Part shown: positions 28,241 to 36,715 of the stretch, piece by piece
How the letters are laid out: each line of letters starts with the position of its first letter
How positions within the stretch are numbered: the stretch's first letter is position 1
Assembly: GCA_038841535.1 (NCBI GenBank)
Contig: JAWBTQ010000002.1
Span: 77,463-141,462 of the forward strand
From: Sulfolobales archaeon
Lineage (GTDB): Archaea; Thermoproteota; Thermoprotei_A; Sulfolobales; NBVN01
DNA length: 64,000 nucleotides
Reading direction: 5' to 3'
Notes under the pieces: generated by a model
Told to the model about the DNA's origin: nothing
The model's input: only the letters and a program-made list of their open reading frames with translations
Databases searched by the model: none
Made by a program: the position numbers and the translations under genes

Positions 28241-28256
28241 TTAAAAAGCTTTAAGG
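28241..28256 (+). promoter_or_regulatory. TATA-like box upstream of the HerA-like gene
   Basis: TTAAAAAGCTTTAAGG lies 19-34 nt upstream of ATG 28275. The spacing fits a leaderless or near-leaderless archaeal promoter. Confidence 0.35.
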
Positions 28257-28274
28257 TTAAGAAGCTCTAAAAGT

Positions 28275-29816
28275 ATGGCGAAGGTCTTGAAGCCCATTGG
28301 TGTAGTTGCTAGTGGATCAAAGTCGTTTTACGCCCCCGTATTGGTGTATAAGGACGCTGAGAGGTTTCTTCGTGAGGAGTCTCTTGCGTTTATTAGAGAT
28401 AGAGTAACGGGTAAGCAGTACCTCGGTTTAATAAGGTGGTTATCTAAAATAGACCCCCTCTTGCCTGCGACCCAGAGGTCCGGAGTAGTGGATAACCCTA
28501 GACTTGCGGAAATAGCTACGAACATTCCATTCGAGACCTCATACGTCAGGATCATCGGGGAAATAAGTAGCGGAAGGCTTGAGCCTCCGGTAGACCCACC
28601 AACTCCAAGGAGCGAGGTGTTGCTTGTCGAGTCCCCCGAGGACCTCGCGCTCGAAGTTGGTGAGGGACTGACAATAGGGGAGCACAAGTACTCGGGGGTC
28701 AAGATACCCCTGAACCCCAGGTACCTGCCCTATCACATTGGGGTAGTTGGGGCAACCGGGACCGGCAAGTCGAGGCTTGTGAAGGCCCTCATAGACGAGG
28801 TGCTAGCCAAGACGGATTGGAGAGTGATAGTGTTCGACCACTCCGGGGTAGACTACGTATCTTACTACCCTCACAACGTAGTAGACGCATCCCTAGTAAT
28901 GCCCGACCCCATAACCCTCGGCGAGCTAATATCAGAGAGGTCCATGCTTGAGAGACAGGAAGAGTACATACTGGCAACAGTGTATGCTTACATAGCTTCT
29001 TTCAAGAGAACTTCTGCTACAGCAACAACCCACGGCCCTCAAAGGGTCGATAAAGCTCTTAGCTCATCTGGAACCTCGTTCGCCTGTAGCATGAGATTTA
29101 CCGAGGGCTTAGACTTCACAAATGCCGAGAAGCTTATGACCGAGATAACGTGGGACATACACTTGTTCCGTAAGTGCGTCGAGAGGGTAGGCAAAGAGTT
29201 TGAAGCCAAGGACCCAACCGTAGCTAAGATGAGTTTACTCGTAGGGACCTACTCCAAGGAGCTGATAGAGTCTCTTAACGAAAAGAAGCTCACGGCCCGT
29301 GACGCAGTCGATCGAGCTCTAAGGGAGAGGTTGGTCGTTATTGACTTGAGTAGCGTCGAGATAGTCGTGAGGAGATATATAGTGAAATCCGTTTTAGACG
29401 AGCTGTGGAAACTCGTAGACGAGCGCGGAGAGAGGCCCAGGACGCTGGTGATAGTAGACGAAGCACACAACTACGCCTGCATGGGGTGTGGAGCCTCTTT
29501 ACGTTCGATTGAGAGAACCGCGAGAGAGGGGAGGAAATGGGAGATCGGGTTGGTGCTGGCTAGCCAGAGGACAATCGACTTCTCGACTGACATCAGAAAC
29601 AACATAAACACGTTCTACTTCAGCAGGCTACAGACCCCCGGAGACTTCGAGAATCTTCGGGGAGTCTTAGACTTAGGGGGCTTGGGTCCGGAGTCCCTGT
29701 CAGTTCTCGGAATACGAGAGTTCTTCTTCGCCGGCCTCGGGAATCCTCTAAGATTTCCAATACTCATTCGGGTGAGGGAAGTTGGGGAGCCAACTCTGGG
29801 GGGAAGAGCAGCCTAA
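28275..29816 (+). CDS. HerA-like (DUF87/FtsK-HerA superfamily) ATPase
   Basis: 513 aa. An N-terminal barrel-like region (IGVVASGS...YLGLIRW...YVRIIGEI), Walker A HIGVVGATGTGKS (28749-28772), Walker B TLVIVDEAHNY (from 29445), and LVLASQRTIDF. Confidence 0.8.
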   Translation: MAKVLKPIGVVASGSKSFYAPVLVYKDAERFLREESLAFIRDRVTGKQYLGLIRWLSKIDPLLPATQRSGVVDNPRLAEIATNIPFETSYVRIIGEISSGRLEPPVDPPTPRSEVLLVESPEDLALEVGEGLTIGEHKYSGVKIPLNPRYLPYHIGVVGATGTGKSRLVKALIDEVLAKTDWRVIVFDHSGVDYVSYYPHNVVDASLVMPDPITLGELISERSMLERQEEYILATVYAYIASFKRTSATATTHGPQRVDKALSSSGTSFACSMRFTEGLDFTNAEKLMTEITWDIHLFRKCVERVGKEFEAKDPTVAKMSLLVGTYSKELIESLNEKKLTARDAVDRALRERLVVIDLSSVEIVVRRYIVKSVLDELWKLVDERGERPRTLVIVDEAHNYACMGCGASLRSIERTAREGRKWEIGLVLASQRTIDFSTDIRNNINTFYFSRLQTPGDFENLRGVLDLGGLGPESLSVLGIREFFFAGLGNPLRFPILIRVREVGEPTLGGRAA

Positions 29817-30948
29817 AACGGAGGGAGCCGTTGGTATAGCCCCCGAGCTACTAGGGGAAGCTCTTGACTCCGTAGTTATTAAGATAGATAGAGTCGCCTC
29901 AATAGCTGGGATAGCATCTAGAGCTAGAGAGAGATTGGTCTCGAGCGGTGCCATAAGGAGAGCCACCTACATTGGAGATAAGTGCTTCTTAAGCATAGAC
30001 TCGAGCTATACTTCTCCCCCTCTAGAGCTTGTCGGGGGATATCTCGGCCTCATCTTCGTAGTCAGCGTCCTCTACGGCAAGGAGTGTCGCTCTGCCTTAT
30101 CGGAGTTTGAGGTCGTGGCTCACGCAACGTACGATCCGACTAGGGATTTAACTAGGGTCGAAGCCAGAAGACTCGAGAGGGAGAAAGCCATAGAGGCCCT
30201 AAGGAGGAAGTCTAGAGGGGAAGTCTACTTCGACATCATCATACTCGACGGTGAGGTTCTACCCAGACTGTCGCCAAGGCTCCTCGCTGGAGCTGGCGTA
30301 GAATCAGAGAAAGCTAGAGAGCTAGTGAGACTAACTGACACCATGGTCCTTCTGGCCGAAAAAACTAAAACTCCGGTCGTGGGAGTACTCAAAAGGAGCT
30401 ACTCCAAGGATGCACTAGCAGTGCTCGGGTACTTCCTAGACGTCGACTTAAGCGATAGAGCCTTCATGACGTACGTTTTAGAGCCCGGGGAATTCGCTGT
30501 CATAGGGGACTATAGGTCCATAGCATCTGCTTACCAGAGTCTAGTTGACGACTACGGAGATGCTTACCCTAGAGAGGTTTCGCCTGCTAGGTACAGGCTC
30601 GCTTGGCTAAAGCAGATGCTTAGGTATTCAAACATAGCCGATAGGATGAAAATGGCGTTCTACAGACCCCATTCAGGGATCAGCACTACTGCAGTCAAGA
30701 TAGAGTACGACTCGGTAGACCTAAGTGACGAGGAGCTAGTCTCATCAGTAACGTCTGTGAGCGAGGCGACGGGCTTCCCGGCGCCAGTGGATTACGCCGA
30801 TACCTTATCGCAGATACCGAGTGACGTTAGGTTTACATTGTACCAGCTAGTGCTACAGAAGATAAGTGAAGCTAATCCGGACGTAGCGCAGAAGTTATTT
30901 ACGCTGGTAAACCCGCAGAAACTCGCCTCGATAGGGTTGAGGACGTAG
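29782..30948 (+). CDS. NurA-like nuclease domain protein
   Basis: 388 aa. The ordered acidic motifs FLSIDSS, RRLEREKA, IIILDGEVLPRL and C-terminal PAPVDYADTLSQI follow the NurA pattern. The TTG start overlaps the HerA-like gene by 35 nt, and the start is uncertain. Confidence 0.6.
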   Translation: MGSQLWGEEQPKTEGAVGIAPELLGEALDSVVIKIDRVASIAGIASRARERLVSSGAIRRATYIGDKCFLSIDSSYTSPPLELVGGYLGLIFVVSVLYGKECRSALSEFEVVAHATYDPTRDLTRVEARRLEREKAIEALRRKSRGEVYFDIIILDGEVLPRLSPRLLAGAGVESEKARELVRLTDTMVLLAEKTKTPVVGVLKRSYSKDALAVLGYFLDVDLSDRAFMTYVLEPGEFAVIGDYRSIASAYQSLVDDYGDAYPREVSPARYRLAWLKQMLRYSNIADRMKMAFYRPHSGISTTAVKIEYDSVDLSDEELVSSVTSVSEATGFPAPVDYADTLSQIPSDVRFTLYQLVLQKISEANPDVAQKLFTLVNPQKLASIGLRT

Positions 30949-30990
30949 CGGACCCATGAGACGCACCAGAGGCTCGCCTAGGTTGTCAGC

Positions 30991-31000
30991 TATATAATCT
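30991..31000 (+). promoter_or_regulatory. TATA-like box upstream of the small membrane protein
   Basis: TATATAATCT is centred ~35 nt upstream of ATG 31030. This suggests a transcription unit separate from the HerA/NurA-like pair. Confidence 0.3.
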
Positions 31001-31029
31001 CTACTAAACTACGTACTCGGCTGGCGACT

Positions 31030-31368
31030 ATGTCGAGAGGAGGAAGCATTCCCCTCGGAACCTTGGTAGGCTTCATAGTGCTTCTGATGTTTGGTTGGGT
31101 GCCCATCTTGGGGCCTCTCGTGGCCGGCTTTGCGGCTGGACTCATAGCCAGGGGAGCATTACGGGGCTTTGCGGCCGGGTTCCTAGCCGGTATTCTCGGG
31201 GCAGTACTCGTCGGACTATCACTGAGTCTACTTGGAGCGCTACTATGGGGACTGATGGGGGCGTTAATCGGGTGGATAATAGGGTTTGGAGGAGTACTGT
31301 TGCTGTCCATTAGTATAGCCATACTCACTGCGCTAGGGGGTCTAATAGGCGGCGCTCTTAGGAGCTAG
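31030..31368 (+). CDS. small Gly/Leu-rich integral membrane protein
   Basis: 112 aa, about 4 predicted TM helices with repeated GFAAG/GxxxG-type segments. The fully antisense 112-aa ORF (30990-31328) is Pro/Ala/Ser low-complexity and is judged the shadow. Confidence 0.5.
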   Translation: MSRGGSIPLGTLVGFIVLLMFGWVPILGPLVAGFAAGLIARGALRGFAAGFLAGILGAVLVGLSLSLLGALLWGLMGALIGWIIGFGGVLLLSISIAILTALGGLIGGALRS

Positions 31369-31578
31369 CGACAGCGCGAAGCGTCCTAGGTGGTGTACAA
31401 ACTCGTCTATATAGTGCTCATTCCGACCTATATTTCACGTCTCCGGACCTTCACGAACTTAGAGCACGTAGAATACATAGGTTCATGGCCTTGATTAGCG
31501 ATATGCGGAGAGAGAAACCCTCAGGTACTCATTAGAGCGGACTCGTCGAGGGACTGAAGCAACCCCGCTCGGGAGTCG

Positions 31579-32706
31579 TCAGCACACCCTATAATACCTA
31601 ACCTTTCGCCTTCCCTTGGACTTAAACTCGCTGCACACTTTACCCATCTCCTCCATCGACTCTAGGACCTTATAGATTCCGCGAAGGGAATAAGCGGGAA
31701 AAACCTTCCATACTTCGTACGCCGTAGCCTCCCCACTTCTCTCTAGTACGCGAATTATCTCTTTACGCACATCTTTATCTGCCTTCCTGCTAGCCGAAAG
31801 AGGTCTAAAGCCCATAGTTACGACTGCTATGGAGTTCCCCATGTTTTCGGCTACAGTGTAGGCAGATGCGGATAGAGACTTCGTTTTGACTCCACTTTTC
31901 CAGAGCCTCACCAAGGAGTTAAACGCTTCATCCCTACTTATCTCGACGAGCTTGATCGACCTAGCGAACTCGGGTAGAATGAGGTTCTTCACTCCTTTAA
32001 TCGAGGTAGCCACTACTTCGTAGGATGCGTTTACACCCACATCCTCTAGGTCTCTAAAGCCCTTCCAGATCGAGTAAGCTAGCAATCCTGTCCTCGCTGG
32101 AACAACTACTCTATCTACTCTAAGCCTCCTCTCATATATCTCGAGAGCGATAGTTTTCAGCCCCTCCACAGTGAGAGGGGTTGCGTAGCCTAATAGGGAG
32201 GCCTTCCCATTCTCGCCGAAGACCAGCTTCACATTCCCGGTTCGCAACAGTATGTCTACATCTAAGTAGTCAAGCGATAAAGGATCCTCCACGACTACTT
32301 CGACAGAGGAGACTCCGTTAAGGTAGTAAGCGAGGGAGTAGGTGAAGTCTTCCTCGAACTTCGTTCTAATGGTTACGAATCCCTTTGAGAGTACGTAGCT
32401 CGCTATGACGGAGGAAGCTCTATCAGAGTAAGTGCCTGTGGGATTGTAACGCTCGTTTTTGACTAGCACTCCTCCAACAGTGTTTACTGGAGTCAACCCC
32501 TCTCCCTTCGAGATAACCTTCTCTAATTTAGGTAGCACAGACCTGTATCTCCAAATGCCCGGCCCTGCTCTTTCCACTCTAAACACTCCATACGGGTACT
32601 TGAAGACCGTAAGCCACCCACAACTCGGGCAGGTAAAGACCTCTTCGCTGTACGCTCTTCCACACTTTCCGCAGACCAGCAATTCCTGAGCTACTGCCGT
32701 ACTCAA
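31579..32706 (-). CDS. threonine-synthase-fold (PLP fold type II) protein lacking the PLP lysine, with C-terminal winged HTH
   Basis: 375 aa. Zinc ribbon CGKCG...CPSCG, GIWRYRSVLP, GEGLTPV, and ERYNPTGTYSDR, where the consensus is NPTGSFKDR (Lys to Ser94, codon at 32425-32427). The C-terminal ~65 aa (31582-31779) have a wHTH pattern. It starts 11 nt after the pdxT stop. Confidence 0.75.
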   Translation of the reverse strand: MSTAVAQELLVCGKCGRAYSEEVFTCPSCGWLTVFKYPYGVFRVERAGPGIWRYRSVLPKLEKVISKGEGLTPVNTVGGVLVKNERYNPTGTYSDRASSVIASYVLSKGFVTIRTKFEEDFTYSLAYYLNGVSSVEVVVEDPLSLDYLDVDILLRTGNVKLVFGENGKASLLGYATPLTVEGLKTIALEIYERRLRVDRVVVPARTGLLAYSIWKGFRDLEDVGVNASYEVVATSIKGVKNLILPEFARSIKLVEISRDEAFNSLVRLWKSGVKTKSLSASAYTVAENMGNSIAVVTMGFRPLSASRKADKDVRKEIIRVLERSGEATAYEVWKVFPAYSLRGIYKVLESMEEMGKVCSEFKSKGRRKVRYYRVC

Positions 32707-32717
32707 GGCTAGGACCG

Positions 32718-33326
32718 CTACTTCCTCACTAACGAGACCATGTACTCGTACAGTCTTGTGTCTCCTGAGATCTCTGGATGGAACGTTACAGCGAGAACAT
32801 TATTCTGGATAGCCACCGTACCCACTTTACCGATATCTGGGTGGTCGAGATAGCCCACTATCCTCGCATCACCCCAGGCTTCAACTATCGCAGGCGCTCT
32901 TATGAAGACCGCCCTCACAGTGCCTATTCCATCGACGAAGACCTCCGTTTCAAAAGACTCTCTTTGTCGGCCGAAGGCATTTCTTCGTATAGCTATATTC
33001 ATCAACTCGAGGAGAGGTTGCCCTGTCTCGCCAACCACTCTATCTACTACTTTCTTAGCTAGGAGTACTGCCCCAGCGCAAGTCCCCATTACAGGCTTTC
33101 CTTCTCTCGCTAGGTCTGCGATAGCTACGTCCATTCCCGTGACTCTCATTAAACTACCTATGGCGGTAGACTCGCCCCCGGGTATGATCAGAGTATCTAT
33201 ACCTACTAAGTCTCTAGGTGACTTAACCGGTACAGCCCTAACCCCGCTGAGCTCGGAAAGCAACTGCAGGTGCTCTAGGAAGTCTCCCTGGAGGCTCAGC
33301 ACTCCGACTACTACCAAGTTACTCAC
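32718..33326 (-). CDS. pdxT: pyridoxal 5'-phosphate synthase glutaminase subunit
   Basis: 202 aa. [40 protein letters not shown]. Confidence 0.9.
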   Translation of the reverse strand: MSNLVVVGVLSLQGDFLEHLQLLSELSGVRAVPVKSPRDLVGIDTLIIPGGESTAIGSLMRVTGMDVAIADLAREGKPVMGTCAGAVLLAKKVVDRVVGETGQPLLELMNIAIRRNAFGRQRESFETEVFVDGIGTVRAVFIRAPAIVEAWGDARIVGYLDHPDIGKVGTVAIQNNVLAVTFHPEISGDTRLYEYMVSLVRK

Positions 33327-34332
33327 CCCTCACTTGCATGAGCTCCTCCGGCTTCAGCCTCCTCACGTCCATCCCCGTCATTGAGGACCTCTCGGAAACC
33401 ATTTTCTGAGCTTCGGCAACGATCTCCGGGTCGTCGTAATAGGTAGTAGCCAGTACTATAGCTCTAGCCCTAGCCTCCGGGTCTGAGCTCTTGAAGATCC
33501 CAGAGCCCACGAAGACCCCATCGGCCCCCAACCACATCATGAGCGCAGCATCTGCCGGTGTAGCGATGCCTCCAGCAGCAAAGTTTACGACGGGCAGTCT
33601 ACCGAGTCTCGCAGTAAGTAGAACTAGTTCATAGGGAGTCTTGTTCTCCTTCGCGTATACCCAAAGAGCCTCGATGTCTCTCGATGTGTAGTATCCTTTC
33701 AGTGTTGCGATATCTCTATTAACGAGCTTCATGTGCTTTACTGCCTCCGCAACGTTACCCGTACCGGGCTCTCCCTTCGTTCTTATCATAGACGCTCCCT
33801 CAAATATTCTCCTCAGTGCTTCCGGGAGGTTTCTTGCTCCGTTCACGAACGGCACTCTAAACTCCCACTTGTTAATGTGGGCTCTCTCGTCTACTGGAGT
33901 GAGGACCTCGCTCTCATCTATGAGGTCTACACCTACCTCTTCGAGCAGCCTTGCCTCCTCGGTGTGCCCTATTCTGCACTTAGCAGATACGGGTATTGTA
34001 ATAACATCCGTAACTCTCTGAATGACGTCCAACCCAGCCGTTCGGGCAACACCTCCAGATACCCTGACGTCGTAGGGGAGCTTATCGAGGACCATGACAC
34101 CCACAGCACCAGCGTCTTCAGCTATTTCAGCCTGCTTCTCGCTAGTGACATCCATTATTACTCCTCCCTTAAGCATTGACACGAAGCCTAGCTTAACCAG
34201 AGTACCCCCTAACTTAATAAGCGGGAGCGAACCACCCTCCGCAGAAGACCTATCCCTAAGTTCCAGTAGTTGGTATATCAAGTCGCGAAGCTTCTCGATA
34301 AATACGTAAGAGTCAGTGAGCTTCACTTGCAC
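33319..34332 (-). CDS. pdxS: pyridoxal 5'-phosphate synthase lyase subunit
   Basis: 337 aa. [83 protein letters not shown] start; overlaps pdxT by 8 nt. Confidence 0.95.
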   Translation of the reverse strand: MQVKLTDSYVFIEKLRDLIYQLLELRDRSSAEGGSLPLIKLGGTLVKLGFVSMLKGGVIMDVTSEKQAEIAEDAGAVGVMVLDKLPYDVRVSGGVARTAGLDVIQRVTDVITIPVSAKCRIGHTEEARLLEEVGVDLIDESEVLTPVDERAHINKWEFRVPFVNGARNLPEALRRIFEGASMIRTKGEPGTGNVAEAVKHMKLVNRDIATLKGYYTSRDIEALWVYAKENKTPYELVLLTARLGRLPVVNFAAGGIATPADAALMMWLGADGVFVGSGIFKSSDPEARARAIVLATTYYDDPEIVAEAQKMVSERSSMTGMDVRRLKPEELMQVRGE

Positions 34333-34372
34333 ACCGCCAGTATAGCTTTCGGCCTCCCTGAAATAACTGTTA

Positions 34373-34384
34373 TTGAACGTTCAA
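34373..34384. promoter_or_regulatory. perfect 12-bp palindrome TTGAACGTTCAA upstream of pdxS
   Basis: Lies 41-52 nt upstream of the pdxS GTG (34332) and immediately upstream of an A/T-rich TTATTT (coding strand, 34361-34366) that could be the TATA box. Candidate operator only. Confidence 0.3.
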
Positions 34385-34534
34385 CAGGTTTCCCAAAAAT
34401 TCGAAACTTCGGTAATCTAAGGGGTAGGTAGGCGAAGGTCAAAAAGTGAAGCAATGTCCAAGCCGGCTTGTTTTAAGTACTTGTGACAGGATCTACTGGG
34501 GATAGCAATATCTGCTGCTCTACTAGTACTACTT

Positions 34535-35401
34535 GTGCTTGTAATCCTGTCAGTACTAGCATTAGCTCTCAGAGAGATTCGCCGCTCGAGACTTGCTAAG
34601 GCTGTTGTTGCTGTTAAAAAAATGCTGGTTACTGGTGAGGAGGGAGTCTCCTTTTCTAGACCTCTGAACGCTGAGCTCGGCAGGCTAACGATTGTTGGGA
34701 TAGTTGGCAGGAAAGGTTACAGAGCCCTCGCAGAGTTCACACCTTCATCTAAACTCCTGCTCGGCAGTATTCGCTACCGTGACCTATGCTCAGGGGGTTA
34801 CCTACTCGCCGTAGACAGTGTAGGTAACGGCTACTTGAACACGCCAGCCGTCAGGATTTTGATAAAACCATTCGAAAACGTTCTTGTCGCATGTTTAGAC
34901 CCGTCGGAAGTCCATACAGTAGCGAAGTCCATTGAAATAGTTGAGGAGAATTCGACAGCAAAAAGCGTTATTCACGTCTCCGGCGGTAGGTACTCAGCTA
35001 GAGTCTCATGGGAATCTTTCGTGCTGCCCTCCTGGAGGCTAGTCTACGAGCCGATGAGAGGGTCCTACAGAATCGTGAAAGAACCCGGGGTTGGAGTAAG
35101 AGTAAGGAGCGTGCGCGTAGAAGTCTGTGCTAAGTCTTTAAGCTACTTCACTCCCGAGATCTGCGCTACCATTACTAGGCTGGCAAAAGTGGATAGTGAA
35201 GCCTCCGGCACACTAGAAGGACTAATAGGTAGGAGGCTCGTGGTTGTGCACATGGCTTACGTAAACCTCCTCGACCTAGCTAGAGAGCTCGGGATAGCTA
35301 GATACCCACACATATCTGGGTACTCTAGCGGCTATATTAAAGCTAAGTTAACTATGGAGGTACCGATGGCTAAGAACATAGTAAGGGAAGAACCGGTCTA
35401 G
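34535..35401 (+). CDS. hypothetical protein, possible N-terminal membrane anchor
   Basis: 288-aa ORF with no motif I recognise. The reading frame is open from 34487 and encodes more hydrophobic residues upstream of GTG 34535, without a canonical start codon. Confidence 0.45.
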   Translation: MLVILSVLALALREIRRSRLAKAVVAVKKMLVTGEEGVSFSRPLNAELGRLTIVGIVGRKGYRALAEFTPSSKLLLGSIRYRDLCSGGYLLAVDSVGNGYLNTPAVRILIKPFENVLVACLDPSEVHTVAKSIEIVEENSTAKSVIHVSGGRYSARVSWESFVLPSWRLVYEPMRGSYRIVKEPGVGVRVRSVRVEVCAKSLSYFTPEICATITRLAKVDSEASGTLEGLIGRRLVVVHMAYVNLLDLARELGIARYPHISGYSSGYIKAKLTMEVPMAKNIVREEPV

Positions 35402-35476
35402 ATAGCTTACTTATCCGTCACTACGTTTACCCATGTTCTGAAATTGGTATATTTACTATGGCTAAAAAGAATACCT

Positions 35477-36715
35477 TCATTTAACTAGGTTCTCAGCTAC
35501 TTTAGGAAGTGAGACCTTTCGCAGCATTCGCGATACTACCGGAAGGAAGACTGTTGCTGTAGTAGTCAGTAAAGCAGAGCCTGCCACTGTCGCGAGGTAG
35601 GTCTTAGTGGTGTCCCTGGTTAGTCCACCTAATGCCGGGCCGACTATGGATGATACCATTACAACCGAGATCTGCATACCTATGAGCCTCCCAACCCTCC
35701 TGTTACCGAAGAGAGCTGGGACGATGCTCATGTGTGCTACTGGCTCGCCTCCGAACGCAAATAGTCTTATGAGTAGAGCGAGTACAGCTGGCCACGCATA
35801 AGCGTGGGGCAGTAGACTGACAGCATAAGATGATGCGGCTTGAGTAGCGTATAGAGCTAATATGGTCTTCAAAATACCTACTCTAGTAGCTAGTAGCCCC
35901 CAGAAGAACCCGCCCGCAGTTTGTAGAATGCCCGAAACTCCCATTACCGCAGGAGTGTATACTGCCAAGGCTTCCTCACTGGGCAAGCCGGAGGATTCGT
36001 AGATCTCTGAGATTATCGGGGCGAGGTAGCTTATCAACATAGTCGATGAGGTAGCTACTAAGAAGATCGGCACTAGCATAGTTAAATACGCTCTGCGGCT
36101 CGCATGGTCAGTATATGACTCTCTAGATCTCTGCTTAGGCGGGACCATGCCTCTGTATAGTGCTGCGCAGACCATAGTCACCGAGCTAGTGACAAGCGAC
36201 GCAGTAAAGAAAGTGTAGAACGGGCCTGTCCTTGTCAGAAGGTACGTGATTATGGGAGACCAGAGAGTGAGCGCCATATATGACCCGCTCTGGACTACAG
36301 CTAGAGCTAGCTGAGGTCTAGACGGTAGAGAGCTTATGACCGCAGGGTTTACCGACGTAGAGACGGCTGAGAAAACAAGTCCATAGGCTACTGCCGAAGC
36401 GTACCAGTACCACATGGCCTCGCTCCACGGTTTTGACCTCATGGGTAGTACCAATATCCCTGAGGTGAGTTGCGATAGTGCACCAATAGCTAGGAGGATT
36501 GAGGGACCTCTTGCATCGTAGAGCGCTCCAAACGCCGAGGAGGTGAATATTCCTACACCGCTCGATATTATTATGAATGCTGCTACCTGCGTCACGCTGT
36601 CGACTCCGTAGAGACTCATCAAGTGCTGGTAAAACATAGAGATACTGCTCCTCCAGCCTACAGCGAGTAGGGCCAGAATACCCGCTACCACGTAGCTATA
36701 GCTTCTCTTGACCAC
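35477..36715 (-). CDS. major facilitator superfamily transporter
   Basis: 412 aa, ~12 hydrophobic segments in a 6+6 arrangement with a central basic loop (PPKQRSRESYTDHASRR). Confidence 0.8.
   Translation of the reverse strand: MVKRSYSYVVAGILALLAVGWRSSISMFYQHLMSLYGVDSVTQVAAFIIISSGVGIFTSSAFGALYDARGPSILLAIGALSQLTSGILVLPMRSKPWSEAMWYWYASAVAYGLVFSAVSTSVNPAVISSLPSRPQLALAVVQSGSYMALTLWSPIITYLLTRTGPFYTFFTASLVTSSVTMVCAALYRGMVPPKQRSRESYTDHASRRAYLTMLVPIFLVATSSTMLISYLAPIISEIYESSGLPSEEALAVYTPAVMGVSGILQTAGGFFWGLLATRVGILKTILALYATQAASSYAVSLLPHAYAWPAVLALLIRLFAFGGEPVAHMSIVPALFGNRRVGRLIGMQISVVMVSSIVGPALGGLTRDTTKTYLATVAGSALLTTTATVFLPVVSRMLRKVSLPKVAENLVK

Noticed and set aside
28275-30948. Interpretation of the HerA/NurA-like pair as the canonical DSB end-resection operon.
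   Set aside because: Not adopted as the primary reading, because mre11 and rad50 are absent from both flanks and the pair looks compositionally distinct. It cannot be excluded without seeing the rest of the genome.
30990-31328. 112-aa minus-strand ORF (also 31095-31313, plus strand) overlapping the small membrane protein gene.
   Set aside because: The Pro/Ala/Ser-rich low-complexity translation is typical of the antisense frame of a Gly/Ala/Leu-rich gene. The plus-strand frame gives coherent TM helices and has a TATA-like box upstream.
27691-31578. Idea that 27.7-31.6 kb is an integrated mobile element.
   Set aside because: There is no integrase, no tRNA target, and no direct repeats between the left (27691-28274) and right (31369-31578) flanks that I could find. 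Only a compositional impression supports the idea.
32902-34309. Several 71-160-aa plus-strand ORFs (32902-33384, 33731-34021, 33733-34179, 34094-34309) across pdxT/pdxS.
   Set aside because: All are antisense to unmistakable PdxT/PdxS coding sequence and have low-complexity Ser/Thr/Pro-rich translations.
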